Below are positions 46,213 through 57,371 of a stretch of 64,000 bases of DNA, in pieces. A model generated the notes under the pieces. It saw only the letters and a program-made list of their open reading frames with translations, did no database searches and was not told the DNA's origin. The translations under genes were made by a program, and so were the position numbers. Source of the DNA: Anaeromyxobacter sp. (GTDB lineage: Bacteria > Myxococcota > Myxococcia > Myxococcales > Anaeromyxobacteraceae); the NCBI GenBank assembly GCA_049840735.1, contig JASGJN010000006.1, positions 1 to 64,000 on the forward strand. The letters run 5' to 3'. The first letter of the stretch is position 1, and every line of letters begins with the position of its first letter.

Positions 46213-47613
46213 ATGGCCCGCCCCGCGCCCGCCGACGCCCTGGTGTTCTTCGGGGCCACCGGCGACCTGGCCTTCAGGAAGGTCTTCCCCGCCCTGCAGG
46301 CCATGGTCCGGACCGGCGCGCTGACGGTGCCGGTGGTGGGCGTGGCCAGGGCCGGCTTCACGCGCGAGCGGCTCGTCCAGCGCGCCCGCGAGAGCGTGGA
46401 GGCGCACGGCGGCGGGGCCGATCCGCGCGCCTTCCCGGCGCTGGCGGCGCTGCTCCGCTACGTGGACGGCGACTACGGCGACGAGGCCACCTTCACGGCG
46501 CTGCGCCAGGTGCTCCGCGGCGTCTCGCGGCCGGTCTACTACATGGCCATCCCGCAGGCGCTCTTCCCGGTGGTGGTGGCGCAGCTCACGCGCGAGGGGT
46601 GCCCCGCCGGCGCGCGGCTGGTGCTGGAGAAGCCGTTCGGCAACGACCTGGCCTCGGCCCAGGCCCTCAACGCCGTCCTGCGCCGGTGCTTCGCGGAGCG
46701 CGACCTGTTCCGCATCGATCACTACCTGGGGAAGAACGCGGTCCAGAACCTGGTCTTCTTCCGGTTCGCCAACGCCTTCCTGGAGCCGCTCTGGAACCGG
46801 CAGCACGTGGCGCGGGTGGAGATCTCCATGGCGGAGGAGTTCGGCGTCCGCGGGCGCGGCGCCTTCTACGACGGCGCCGGCGCCATCCGCGACGTGATCC
46901 AGAACCACCTGCTGCAGGTGGTCTCCAACGTGGCCATGGAGCCGCCGCCGGTGACCGCCGACCCGGAGGCGATCCGCGACGAGAAGGTGAAGGTGCTGAA
47001 GGCCATCCCGGCGCTGCGCCCGGCCGACGTGGTGCGCGGCCAGTTCCAGGGGTACCGCGACGAGCCGGGGGTCCGCCCGGGCTCCACCGTCGAGACCTTC
47101 GCCGCGGTGCGGCTGCAGGTGGACAGCTGGCGCTGGCAGGGGGTGCCCTTCTACGTCCGCGCCGGCAAGCGGCTCTCGCAGACGCGCACCTGGGTGGTGG
47201 TGCGGCTGCGGCGACCGCCGGCGCTCTTCGCCGGCCACGCTCCGCTCCCCAACGAGCTGCGCTTCCAGCTCACCCCCGCCACCGAGATCGCGCTGCACGC
47301 CACGGTGAAGGAGCCGGGGGAGGGCTACCGCGGGCACCAGGTCCGGCTGGTGGCCACCCACACCCACGACTCCCGCGGCGAGGAGGACGCCTACGCCGAG
47401 CTGCTCACCGACGCGCTGGAGGGCGAGACCTTCCGCTTCGCGCGCCAGGACTACGTGGAGGAGGCCTGGCGGATCGTCGATCCGGTGCTGGGGGACGCGG
47501 CGCCGGTCCACCCCTATGCGCCCGGCAGCTGGGGCCCGCCGGAGGCGGCGGCGCTCTCGCCTGAGGGGTGGAGCGCGCCGGAAGAGGTGCCGGAGCCTCC
47601 GGACGGTGGCTGA
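46213..47613 (+). CDS. zwf: Glucose-6-phosphate 1-dehydrogenase
   Basis: [40 protein letters not shown]. Confidence 0.97.
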   Translation: MARPAPADALVFFGATGDLAFRKVFPALQAMVRTGALTVPVVGVARAGFTRERLVQRARESVEAHGGGADPRAFPALAALLRYVDGDYGDEATFTALRQVLRGVSRPVYYMAIPQALFPVVVAQLTREGCPAGARLVLEKPFGNDLASAQALNAVLRRCFAERDLFRIDHYLGKNAVQNLVFFRFANAFLEPLWNRQHVARVEISMAEEFGVRGRGAFYDGAGAIRDVIQNHLLQVVSNVAMEPPPVTADPEAIRDEKVKVLKAIPALRPADVVRGQFQGYRDEPGVRPGSTVETFAAVRLQVDSWRWQGVPFYVRAGKRLSQTRTWVVVRLRRPPALFAGHAPLPNELRFQLTPATEIALHATVKEPGEGYRGHQVRLVATHTHDSRGEEDAYAELLTDALEGETFRFARQDYVEEAWRIVDPVLGDAAPVHPYAPGSWGPPEAAALSPEGWSAPEEVPEPPDGG

Positions 47614-47645
47614 GCCGCGGCCCCGGGTGTGCTAGAGCACGGCGC

Positions 47646-48020
47646 ATGACCGGCGTATCGGAGGAGACCCGGGCCGCGGCCCGCCGCGCCCTGGCGCTGG
47701 GCGACGAGGCCCTGCTGGCCCAGTGCGAGGAGACCTTCTTCGTCGCCAGCGGCCCGGGCGGCCAGCACCGCAACAAGACCGAGAGCGGCGTGCGGCTGGT
47801 GCACGGGCCGACCGGGCTGGTCGTGACCGCCACCGAGCGGCGCAGCCAGCTGCAGAACCGCGGCGCGGCGCTGGAGCGGCTGCGCGAGCGGCTCCGCCCG
47901 CTCACCATCCGGCCCAAGGTGCGCCGCCCGACGCGCCCGACCCGCGGCTCGCAGGAGCGGCGCATCGCCGAGAAGAAGCGGCGCGGGGAGCGGAAGGCGG
48001 GAAGGAAAGGGTGGGACTGA
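47646..48020 (+). CDS. Peptide chain release factor-like protein (ArfB/YaeJ-like ribosome rescue)
   Basis: [10 protein letters not shown] with GGQ motif; basic C-terminal tail. Confidence 0.88.
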   Translation: MTGVSEETRAAARRALALGDEALLAQCEETFFVASGPGGQHRNKTESGVRLVHGPTGLVVTATERRSQLQNRGAALERLRERLRPLTIRPKVRRPTRPTRGSQERRIAEKKRRGERKAGRKGWD

Positions 48021-48046
48021 AAGGCCTCGGCCCGCGGTGTGCCCGC

Positions 48047-48096
48047 CCGTTCGGGCTGAGCGTAGCGAGCCCCCAGGGCTCGCGGAGTCGAAGCCC
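48047..48096. repeat. Dispersed palindromic element, copy 5
   Basis: CCGTTCGGGCTGAGCGTA-hairpin(GCGAGCCC/GGGCTCGC)-GGAGTCGAAGCCC. Confidence 0.7.
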
Positions 48097-48100
48097 GGCG

Positions 48101-48487
48101 CTACCAGCGCCGCACGGGCGGCGGCGCAGGCGGCTCGGCGGCGCGCGACGGCAGCGGCACCGGCTCCACCAGCCCGGCCTTCACCAGCCGGTCCACGGCG
48201 GCGCGGATCTCGGTGGGGCTGGCGCCGGCGTCCTCCAGCGAGCGCGCCAGGTCGGCCAGGCCGCGCGGCTTGGCCCGCAGCTCGGCCAGCAGCACCCCGT
48301 CGCCGGCGGCCACGCCCAGCGGCGCGGCCCAGGCGGCCAGCGCGGCGTCCAGCGCGCCGCGGCCCACGCCGCGCGCCTCCTGGACAGCGGCGCGGTAGGC
48401 CTCGTCGGCGGTGGTCCCCGCCTCGGAGACGGTGAACTTCTGGCCCCGCGGCCAGCGCGGTCCGTCCGACGTCTTCCCGTGGAGCAT
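48101..48487 (-). CDS. Small hypothetical protein, possible winged helix
   Basis: C-terminal GLADLARSL...EIRAAVDRLVKAGLVE; TACCGT 8 nt before ATG. Confidence 0.7.
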   Translation of the reverse strand: MLHGKTSDGPRWPRGQKFTVSEAGTTADEAYRAAVQEARGVGRGALDAALAAWAAPLGVAAGDGVLLAELRAKPRGLADLARSLEDAGASPTEIRAAVDRLVKAGLVEPVPLPSRAAEPPAPPPVRRW

Positions 48488-48647
48488 TGCGTCGCACGGT
48501 ATCCGCCCGCCTCCCCCGCTTGTCAACCACCCCGGGCTGCTCGCCGGGCCGCGAGCAGCCGCTCGCCCGCCGTCCGGGGCTGCCGGCCGCGGCGGGTGGC
48601 CACGCCTCGCCATGCCCGCGGGTGGGAGGCCGGCGTACAGCCCGGGC

Positions 48648-48926
48648 TCAGGCCGTCGCCGCCGCGGGGCGCGGGCGGCGCCGTTGCCGCCGGTCGATGG
48701 CCAGGCCGACCAGCGCGCTGAGGAGGATGAGGCCGTTGGTCACGCTGAAGACCGCGTTTCCCAGCAGGATGCTGTAGGTGGTGAAGCCCACCGACGCGGT
48801 GGTCTGGCCGGCGAAGAGCCAGCGGGAGACGCCTTCCCCGGTCCCCTCCCGCCACTGCTTCGTCACCTGCCGGGCCAGCGTGGCCAGCAGCACGGCGGAG
48901 CTGAGCCAGCCGATGATCTCGGTCAC
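48648..48926 (-). CDS. SemiSWEET/PQ-loop-like three-TM protein
   Basis: IIGWLSS...RQV.KQW....EGVS.WLF.GQ...YS.LLGN.VF.VTN. Confidence 0.8.
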   Translation of the reverse strand: MTEIIGWLSSAVLLATLARQVTKQWREGTGEGVSRWLFAGQTTASVGFTTYSILLGNAVFSVTNGLILLSALVGLAIDRRQRRRPRPAAATA

Positions 48927-49046
48927 GGGGTCACGATGCGGCGGCCGGCCCCGCCCGGCACGGTGCGCGCCGCCGCCGCCGTTGATCGGCGCCGGGCCCC
49001 GGGCGAGACTGTCCCCAGGCCGGCGCCCGCCGGCCCTGGAGGCCCC

Positions 49047-49790
49047 GTGCTCCCTTCGCTGCTCGCCCTGGTGGTCCTCGCCGCGCCGGTCGCCGCCCCG
49101 GCCGCCGGACCCGCGTCCGAGGTCGCCGAGGCTCCGGCGGCCGCCGCGGACGTCCCGGCCGACGTGCTGATCCGGCGCTGCGTGGAGGCCTACGGGGGCG
49201 ACCGCGGGCTCCTGCGCCTGGCGCGGACGCGGGCGGAGGGGACCGTCACTTCCGCGCTGCACCCGGGCGAGCTGGGGAAGGTGATCCGCACCTACGACCG
49301 GCCCGGGCGGCTGCGGCTGGAGATCCGGTTCGGCGCCGGGAGGCCGGAGGTGCGCATCCTGGACGGCGCGCGCTCCTGGCGGTACGGCCTGGAGGCGCAG
49401 CCGGCCTTCACCGCCGCGCTGCAGGTCCACGCGGCGCGGCTGGATCTGCCCGCGCTCCTCTCCAGCGGCTTCTCCCGTGTCACCGAGCGTGACGGCATCG
49501 TGGTCGAGGGGCAGCGGCTGCGGGTCCTGGCGGTGGAGGTGTCGCCGGAGGTGACGGTCGAGGCGGCGCTGGATCCGGCCACCGGGCGCATCCTGCAGGC
49601 GCGCGGCGTGGCGCGCACCGGTCCGCGCGAGCTGGAGTTCGTCACCCGGTTCGGCGACTTCCGCGTCCTCGACGGCGTGCTGATGCCCATGCGCGAGACG
49701 AGCTGGGCCAACGGCGAGCAGACCGGCGAGGCGGTGGTGCAGTCGGTCAGCTTCCCCGAGGTGCTGGAGGACCCGATTTTCCAGCCGTGA
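49047..49790 (+). CDS. Secreted protein, possible LolA-like fold
   Basis: Signal peptide, RBS GGAGG, VEAYGG, LDPATG, FGDFRVLDGVLMP. Confidence 0.75.
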   Translation: MLPSLLALVVLAAPVAAPAAGPASEVAEAPAAAADVPADVLIRRCVEAYGGDRGLLRLARTRAEGTVTSALHPGELGKVIRTYDRPGRLRLEIRFGAGRPEVRILDGARSWRYGLEAQPAFTAALQVHAARLDLPALLSSGFSRVTERDGIVVEGQRLRVLAVEVSPEVTVEAALDPATGRILQARGVARTGPRELEFVTRFGDFRVLDGVLMPMRETSWANGEQTGEAVVQSVSFPEVLEDPIFQP

Positions 49791-49836
49791 GCGGCGGGGG
49801 CGGTTAGGCTGGGGCTCCGATCTCCAGCGAGCCGCC

Positions 49837-51231
49837 ATGACGCCCAGCGCCGCACCGTTCCCGCTCCCGCTCGACGCCTACGCCGGCGAGGCCGGCCTGA
49901 CGCTGGGCCAGGTGCTCGCGCAGCGCGCCGCGGCCGACCCCTTCAACCTGCTGGCGGCCGGGCTGTTCCTGGCGGCCATCCTCCACACCTTCGCCGCCCC
50001 GCGGATCATGGCGGCCTCGCACCACCTGCGCCACCGGCTGGAGCAGGAGCACGGCGTGGGCCATCACAGCTTCCGGGTGGAGCTGCTCCACCTGCTGGGC
50101 GAGATCGAGGCGGTCTTCGGGCTGTGGGTGGTGCCGCTCCTCGTCGCGCTGGCGGTCCGGTACGGCGCGCGCGCCCCCGAGGCCTTCCTGGGCCAGGTGC
50201 ACTTCACCGAGCCGCTCTTCGTGGTGGTCATCATGGCGGTGGCCGGGAGCCGCCCGGTGCTGGTCTTCGCCGAGGGGGCGGTAGGGCTCGCCGCGAAGCT
50301 GGCCGGCGGCTCGCCGCTGGCGTGGTGGGCGTCCATCCTGACCCTGGCGCCGCTGCTGGGATCGTTCATCACCGAGCCGGCCGCGATGGTGATCGCGGCG
50401 CTGCTCCTCTCGCGCCGGGTCTTCGAGCTCGAGCCGAGCCGGCGCTTCCGCTACGCCACCCTGGGGCTGCTCTTCGTGGACGTCTCGGTGGGCGGCACCC
50501 TGACCCACTTCGCCGCGCCGCCGGTGCTGATGGTGGCGGGCCGGTTCGGCTGGGACACGCCCTTCATGCTGGCCCACTTCGGCTGGAAGGCGGCGCTGGG
50601 GATCGGGGCGGCCAACCTGATCTACGCGCTCCTGTTCCGGGCAGAGCTCCGCGCGCTGGCCACCCGGGCGGCGGCCGCCCAGGCGCAGCCGCGCCGGAGC
50701 GCCATGCCGGCCTCGGTGGTCGCGGTGCACCTGGCGGTGCTGGCGCTGCTGGTGTTCGCCGCCCACACGCCCGCCCTGCTGCTGGGGATCTTCCTCTTCT
50801 TCCTGGCGTTCCAGCAGGCCACCGCGCCGCACCAGCAGCGGCTGGACCTGCGCACCCCGCTGCTGGTCGGCTTCTTCCTGGCCGGCCTGGTGATCCACGG
50901 CGCCGGCCAGGCGTGGTGGATCGAGCCGGTCCTGTCCCGCCTGGACGTGCGCCCGCTCTTCTACGGCGCGGTGGTGCTGACCGCCTTCAACGACAACGCC
51001 GCCATCACCTACCTCGCGTCGCTGGTGCCGTCCTTCTCCGCCGCGGCGCAGTACGCGGTGGTGGCCGGCGCGGTGGCCGGAGGGGGCCTGACCGTGATCG
51101 CCAACGCCCCCAACCCCGCCGGCCAGGCCATCCTCTCGCGCCACTTCGAGGAGGGGATCCAGCCGCTGCGGCTGCTGGCCGCCGCGCTGCTGCCCACCGT
51201 GGTGGTGGGAGCGTGCCTGCTGCTGCCCTGA
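49837..51231 (+). CDS. DUF1504-family putative Na+/H+ antiporter
   Basis: LHTF, HLLGEIEAVFG, GSFITEPAAM, TAFNDNAA, GGGLTVIANAPNPAG. Confidence 0.9.
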   Translation: MTPSAAPFPLPLDAYAGEAGLTLGQVLAQRAAADPFNLLAAGLFLAAILHTFAAPRIMAASHHLRHRLEQEHGVGHHSFRVELLHLLGEIEAVFGLWVVPLLVALAVRYGARAPEAFLGQVHFTEPLFVVVIMAVAGSRPVLVFAEGAVGLAAKLAGGSPLAWWASILTLAPLLGSFITEPAAMVIAALLLSRRVFELEPSRRFRYATLGLLFVDVSVGGTLTHFAAPPVLMVAGRFGWDTPFMLAHFGWKAALGIGAANLIYALLFRAELRALATRAAAAQAQPRRSAMPASVVAVHLAVLALLVFAAHTPALLLGIFLFFLAFQQATAPHQQRLDLRTPLLVGFFLAGLVIHGAGQAWWIEPVLSRLDVRPLFYGAVVLTAFNDNAAITYLASLVPSFSAAAQYAVVAGAVAGGGLTVIANAPNPAGQAILSRHFEEGIQPLRLLAAALLPTVVVGACLLLP

Positions 51232-51235
51232 CCGG

Positions 51236-53786
51236 CTAGGTCCCGATCCGCACCAGCGTCAGCAGCGGCAGCTCGCGGTCGTGCGGGCCGGTGAGGTCCA
51301 GCTCGCAGTGCAGCGCCCAGTCCGCCTCGCCGGTCTCGTCCACGATCCGCTGCACCGCCTCCCACCTCCGCGGCCCCACCTCCCGCAGCAGGGTGTTGTG
51401 CGGCCTCCGCGCCAGCGGCGTCGTGTCCACCCGCTGGTGCTCCGCCCAGTACGGCGTCATGGCGGCCTCGAGGCCCTCCGCCGTCCACTCCGCCCCGGGG
51501 CGCAGCGCCGCCAGCGCGGCCGCGTGGTCCTTGCGGGCCAGCGCCACCAGCAGCGCGTGCAGCTCGTTGCGGACCCTGGCTGCGAAGGCGCGCGGGTCGG
51601 CCCAGATCGGCGGCGGGCCGAGCGCCTCCAGCGCCGCGCGCGGGTCCGCCGCGGCCGCGGCCTGGTAGGCCGGGTCGCGCAGCCGCTCCCACTCGTCGAT
51701 GAGCGAGGAGTCCACGCCGCGCACGGTGGCGCGGAGGAAGGTGATCACGTCCAGCAGCTCGTCGTTGCGGTAGGTCTCGGGGACGGTCTGCACCAGCGTC
51801 TTGTAGGTCTCGGAGAGGTAGCGGAGCACCAGCCCCTCCGAGCGCTGCAGCTCGTACTCGCGCACGTAGTCGGCGAAGGTCATGAACCGCTCGACCAGCT
51901 CGCGCGCCACCGACTTGGGCCGGATGTTCTCGGCGCCGACCCAGGGGTGCTTGTCCGCGAACTCGTTGAAGGTGGCGTAGACGAAGTCGCGGTTGGGCTT
52001 CGGGTACTCCACCTTCTCCAGCTCGGCCATCCGCTCGTCGTACTCCATGCCCCGCGCCTTCATCTCGGCCACCGCCTCGCCCCGGGCGCGGTCGAGCTGC
52101 TTCCAGAGGATGACGTCGGGGTCCTCCAGGATCGACTCGACCATGGAGAGGAGGTCCAGGGCGTAGGTCTCGCGCTCGACCGGGATGCGGGGCAGGGTGT
52201 CGAGCAGGTAGAGCGCCAGGGTGTGGAAGAGCGAGAAGTCGCGCTGCAGCCCGGGCGCTGGCCGGACGTAGGCGCCGCGGTAGCCCTCGACCCGGCGCAC
52301 CTCCAGCAGCCCGGCGGCGCGCAGGGTGCGGAAGCGCTGGGCGGCGGTGCGGCGGTGCCTGGCGCGCGTGTACTCGTTCCCGTGGGAGCGGCCGATCATC
52401 TCCACCAGCCGGCCGTAGCCGCCACCCAGCTGCGCCGTCTCGCTCTGCAGGAGGTTGACCAGCAGGCCGAAGGTGACCTCGAAGCGGCTCTCCAGCGGCT
52501 CGGGCTCCTTCTGCTGCAGCTTCTCGAAGGTGCTCCGGTCGAAGTGGACGTAGCCCTTGGTGGGCGGCTGCTTCTTGACCACCTTCTTGCCGGCGGCGGC
52601 CTTCTCCGAGAGCTTCTTGTTCTCGATGACGTGCTCGGGCGCCTGGGCCGCCACGTACCCGCGCTCGTCGAACCCCTTGCGGCCGGCCCGGCCGGCGATC
52701 TGGTGGAAGTCGCGCGCCGAGAGGATGGCGGTCTTGGTCCCGTCGAACTTGCAGAGCTGCGTGAAGAGCACGGTGCGGATGGGGATGTTCACGCCCATGC
52801 CCAGGGTGTCGGTGCCGGAGACCACCTTGAGGAGACCGCCCTGGGCCAGCTTCTCCACCAGCAGCCGGTACTTGGGCAGCAGGCCGGCGTGGTGCAGGCC
52901 CACGCCGTGGCGCAGGTAGCGCTGCAGGTCCTTGCCGTAGGGCGAGTCGAAGCGGAACCCCTCCAGCGCCGCGGCGATGCGCTGCTTCTCCTCCTTCGAG
53001 GAGAAGTTGGCGCTCATGAGGTTCTGCGCCTGCTCGGCGGCGGCGCGCTGGGTGAAGTTGACCAGGTAGATGGGCGCCTTCCCCGCCTCCACCAGCTGCT
53101 CCAGCGTCTCGTGGAGCGGGGTCTCGCACCAGGTGTGCTCCAGCGGCACCGGGCGCACCGCCCCGCGCACCTGCGCCAGCTCCCGGCCGGTCAGGGCCCG
53201 GAGCCCCTCCTCCACCACGCCGGTGTCGCCGAGCGTGGCGGACATGAGCAGGAAGCGGGTCCGGGGGAGCATCAGCAGCGGCACCTGCCAGGCCACGCCG
53301 CGCTCGCGGTCGCCGTAGTAGTGGAACTCGTCCATCACCACCGCGTCCACCCTCGGCGCCGCCTCGCGGACCGCCAGGTTCATGAGGATCTCGGCGGTGC
53401 AGCAGATGACGGGGGCGTCGCGGTTCACGGCCGCGTCGCCGGTCATCATCCCCACGTTCTCCGGGCCGAAGAGGCGGCACAGGTCGAAGAACTTCTCGTT
53501 CACCAGCGCCTTGATCGGGCAGGTGTAGAACGAGCGCTCCCCGCTGGCCATGGCCTGGAAGTGGAGGAAGGTCGCCACCAGCGACTTGCCCGAGCCGGTG
53601 GGCGTGGCCAGCACCAGGTGCTTGCCGTCCAAGAGCTGCAGCAGCCCCTCCTCCTGGTGCGGGTAGAGGGAGAGGCCGGTGCTGGTCACCCAGGAGACGA
53701 ACCGAATCCAGGATCGCGTCGGGGGCGAGGACCTCGCCGGGCGGCGGGAGCAGGCGGGCGAGCGGGGCGTCCGGGGTCGCGGTCAT
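51236..53786 (-). CDS. Ski2-like DExH helicase with DUF3516-type C-terminus (frameshift near 53706)
   Basis: TPTGSGKS, DEFH, MSAT, HHAG, QIAGRAGRKG; GAATC->GATC restores ILDRFVSWVTS. Confidence 0.92.
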
Positions 53787-53918
53787 GGCGCGGCCTTCGT
53801 ACCGCGCCGGGCGCGCCGACGCCAGGCCGGATCACGCCGGGGACACGCCTGCCGGACGCGGGGCTTCGCGCGGGGCGAGGCCTCTCCCGAGGCCCGCGGC
53901 CCGGCGCCTGGGGTCCCG

Positions 53919-55526
53919 CTAGACCTTGAACCCCTCGGCGATGCCGGAGATGCGCGTGGCGGTCTCGCCCACCTGCTGCGCCGACTCCTGCAGCGAGCGG
54001 AGCCGGCCCACCGTCTCCTCCATGCCCTTCTCCAGATCCCGCATGGCCAGGGCGATCTGCCGGATGCCGGTGCTCTGCTCCTCCACCGCGCTGGCGATGT
54101 GGAGCGCGGCGTCGCTGGTCTCGCGGACGATCTCGCCGATCTCGCGGAGGCTGTCGCCCGAGGCGGCCACCTGGGCCAGCGAGCCGCCCACCCGCTGGCT
54201 GCCCTTCACGGTGATGTCGAGCGTGGACTGCACCGCCTCGAGGATGTCCTGCACCATGTGCGAGATCTTGCCCGCCGCCGAGCTGGACTGCTCGGCCAGG
54301 GCGCGCACCTCGCTGGCCACCTGGCCGAAGTCCTCGCCGGCCTGGCCGGCGCGGGCCGCCTCGACCGCGGCGTTGAGCGAGAGGACGTTGGACTGGGTGG
54401 CCAGGTCGCGCACCGTCTCGACGATGTCGCCGACCTGCCGGGCCTGCTCGAAGAGCCGGGTGGACTGGCCCACGATGGCCTCGACGCTGGCCTGGATGCG
54501 GCGCAGCTCCTCCACCGACTTCTCGGCGGCAATCCGGCCCGTCTCGCTCGTGGAGGCGGCGCGGCGCGCCACGTCCAGCACCGAGGCGGCGCGCGTGGCG
54601 GCCACCGCGGAGGTCTGCTCCAGCTCGTGGGTGGTGGTGCTGGTCTCGGCCACGCCGCTGGCCTGCCGCTCCAGCAGGCCGCCCTGGGCCCAGGTCAGCT
54701 CGGAGAGCTGCTCGGCCGCGGAGCCCAGCTCCTGCGAGGACTGCTTGAGGGTGCCGACGATGTCGCGCAGCCGCTCCACCATGCGGCGGAAGGAGCCGGC
54801 CAGCTCGCCCACCTCGTCGGAGGAGCCGACCGGCACGTCCAGGGTCAGGTCGCCCTCGGCGATCTTGAGCGTGACCTCGTTGAGGCGCCGCAGCGGCTTG
54901 GCGGTGGTCCGCCCCACCCACCAGGCCAGCCCGGCCCCCAGCACGCAGGCCACGGCCAGCATCAGCGCCCCCGTCGTCAGGGCGCCCCGCTGCGCCTGGC
55001 GCGCCTCGCCGAACCCGGCCGCCAGCGTGGCGCGGGTCTCCTGCGAGAGCGTGGTGAGCGCCTCCGCCAGCTTCTGGTGCGCGGCCATGGTGTCGTTCAG
55101 CTCGGCCAGCTGCTCGTCGGTGGCCTCGCCGTGGGAGGCGCGCCGGGCGAGCTCGCGGGCGTGGGCGTAGTAGGCCTCGAGCTGCGCCTTGAGCGCGGTC
55201 GTCCGCTCGGCGCCCAGCAGCTCCGCGTCGGCGGTGAACCGCGCCGCCAGCGCGTCCTTGGTCGTGTCCACGTCCTCCAGCGCGGCGGTGTCGCTGGCGG
55301 CCGCCGCCGCCCGCAGCGCGCGGTGGACGTGCTCCAGCCCGGCCGAGAGCTCCTCGACCTCCTGGAGCGCGTGGTAGTCGCGCGACTCGATCTGGGCGAG
55401 CCGCTGGCCGGCGCGCATGGTGGACAGGGCCATGGTCGTGACGCCCGCCGCCAGCGCCGCGACCACCGTCACGGCGGTGGGCAGCAGCATCTTGCGGCGG
55501 AGGTTGGAGGCGCGGGGGGTGGGCAT
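53919..55526 (-). CDS. Methyl-accepting chemotaxis protein (TM-sensor-TM-HAMP-MA), variant hairpin tip
   Basis: HAMP EGDLT..DEVGELA; LSLNAAVEAARAGQAGEDFGQVASEVR. Confidence 0.92.
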   Translation of the reverse strand: MPTPRASNLRRKMLLPTAVTVVAALAAGVTTMALSTMRAGQRLAQIESRDYHALQEVEELSAGLEHVHRALRAAAAASDTAALEDVDTTKDALAARFTADAELLGAERTTALKAQLEAYYAHARELARRASHGEATDEQLAELNDTMAAHQKLAEALTTLSQETRATLAAGFGEARQAQRGALTTGALMLAVACVLGAGLAWWVGRTTAKPLRRLNEVTLKIAEGDLTLDVPVGSSDEVGELAGSFRRMVERLRDIVGTLKQSSQELGSAAEQLSELTWAQGGLLERQASGVAETSTTTHELEQTSAVAATRAASVLDVARRAASTSETGRIAAEKSVEELRRIQASVEAIVGQSTRLFEQARQVGDIVETVRDLATQSNVLSLNAAVEAARAGQAGEDFGQVASEVRALAEQSSSAAGKISHMVQDILEAVQSTLDITVKGSQRVGGSLAQVAASGDSLREIGEIVRETSDAALHIASAVEEQSTGIRQIALAMRDLEKGMEETVGRLRSLQESAQQVGETATRISGIAEGFKV

Positions 55527-55541
55527 GTCGTCGTCCCTGAC

Positions 55542-57153
55542 CTAGACCTGGAACCCGTTGGCGATGCCGGAGATGCGCGAGGCGGTGTCGGCCACCTGCT
55601 GCGCCGAGCGCTCCAGGGTGCGGATCCGTCCCAGCGTGTCCTCCATGCCGCGGTCGAGGTCGCGCATGGCGACGGCAATCTGGCCGATGCCGGTGGACTG
55701 CTGCTGCACGGCGGAGGCGATGTGGAGCGCGGCGTCGCTGGTGTCGCGCACGATGGTGCCCAGCTCGCGGAGGCTCTCGGCGGAGGCGCGGATCTGGTCC
55801 AGCGAGTCGGCCATGCCGGCGCTGCCCTTCTCGGTCATCTCCAGGGTGGACTGCACCGCGGCGGTGATGTCCTGCACGATGCGGCTGATGCGCCCGGCGC
55901 TCTGGCCCGAGGCCTCGGCCAGCGCGCGGACCTCGGAGGCCACCACCGCGAAGCCGCGGCCGGCCTCGCCGGCGCGGGCCGCCTCGATGGAGGCGTTGAG
56001 CGAGAGGACGTGCGACTGCGTGGCCAGGTCGCGGACCGTCTCGACGATGTCGCTCACCTGCCGGGCCTGGATGATGAGCCGGGTGGACTGGCCGGTGATG
56101 GCCTCCACCGAGGCCTGGATGCGCTGCAGCTCCTCGGCGCTGCGCTCGGCGGCGGACTGCCCCTCGGCGCTGCGCGCGGTGGCCTTGCGGGCCACCTCCA
56201 GCACCGAGGCGGCGCGGCTGGCGGCCAGCGAGGAGGTCTGCTCCAGCTGCCGGGTGGTGGTGCTGGTCTCCGCCACGCCGCTGGCCTGGCGCTCCAGGAG
56301 CGCGGTCTGGGCGCGGGTCATCTCGGAGAGGCGCTGGGCTGCGAAGGCCAGCTCGTTGGAGGAGCCCTTGAGCGTGCCCACGATGTCGCGCAGCCGCAGC
56401 TGCATCTTCTGGAAGCTGGCGGCCAGCATCCCGACCTCGTCGGCGCTGCCGGGCGGGACGTCGCGGGTCAGGTCGCCCTCGATGACCCGCTGGGCCACCG
56501 CGTTGAGCGAGAGCAGCGGGACCGCGGTGCGGCCGGAGAGCCACCAGGCCAGGGCCATGGCCACCAGGCCGCCGCCGACCAGCAGCAGGAGCCCCTTGAA
56601 GATGGCCATGCGCTGCTGGCGCTGGGTGTCCTCCAGGCCCTCGCGCAGCTCGGCCCGGAAGCGGGTCGTCTCCTTGGCGAACTCGCCCTTGAGCGAGGTC
56701 ACCAGGCCGTCGGCCTCCTTGGCCTGGGCCTTGATGGCGTCGCTGTCCTCGCCGGAGATCATCTGCGTCCCGGTGTTCTTGGCCAGGAAGTACCAGGCCT
56801 CGAGCCGTCGCTTCAGCTCCTCGGCCCGCTCGCTGCCGTAGAGCGCGACGCCGTCGTCCTGGGCCAGCAGCTTGTCGCCCAGGTCGTAGAGCAGGTCCTC
56901 CACCGCGGTGAAGCCGGAGGCGCTGCCCGAGGCCACCACCTCGCGCTCCCGGGCCTCCACGGCCCCCAGCGCCGCCTCGAACTCCTGGGCGCGGCTCAGG
57001 TGCGGCAGCCCGGTCTGCTCGAGCTGGTCGAGCGCGGACGCGGCCCGGCGCGTCAACGTCAGCGTCCAGCCCCCGGCCGCCACCGCGGCGGCCATGGCCA
57101 GCATCGCGGGGACCACGATCTTGCGCTGCACGGAGAAGAACGAGAATCCGCAT
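55542..57153 (-). CDS. Methyl-accepting chemotaxis protein, canonical tip (start restored by GAATC->GATC)
   Basis: LSLNASIEAARAGEAGRGFAVVASEVR; corrected start MRISFFSVQRK; tandem paralog of the downstream MCP. Confidence 0.92.
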
Positions 57154-57371
57154 GAGCACCCCACGCCCGGCTGGTCCTCACCGGCGCTGGCCGCGACGAG
57201 CGCCTGGGCCGGGCCACCGGGCGCGGGCGTGCGCCGGGCGGCTTCCCTCGGGACCACGCATGGTTGTACCAGAACCCGGACCCCCGGGGGACCACCCCGT
57301 GGCCCGGACGGCGGCCGGGGGCCGGTGTGCGTCCGGGGCGCACTCGAGGCCGGCCAGGCCAGGCCCGGGCC

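Noticed and set aside
43581..47564. Very long alternative ORFs (1327 aa here; also 11516-15133, 53679-57155 and others)
   Set aside because: Antisense or off-frame shadows of real genes; low-information Arg/Ala/Gly/Pro-rich translations expected at this GC content
53919..56500. Long near-duplicate DNA as mobile element ends or misassembly
   Set aside because: Explained by tandem MCP paralogs with many substitutions and different sensor domains
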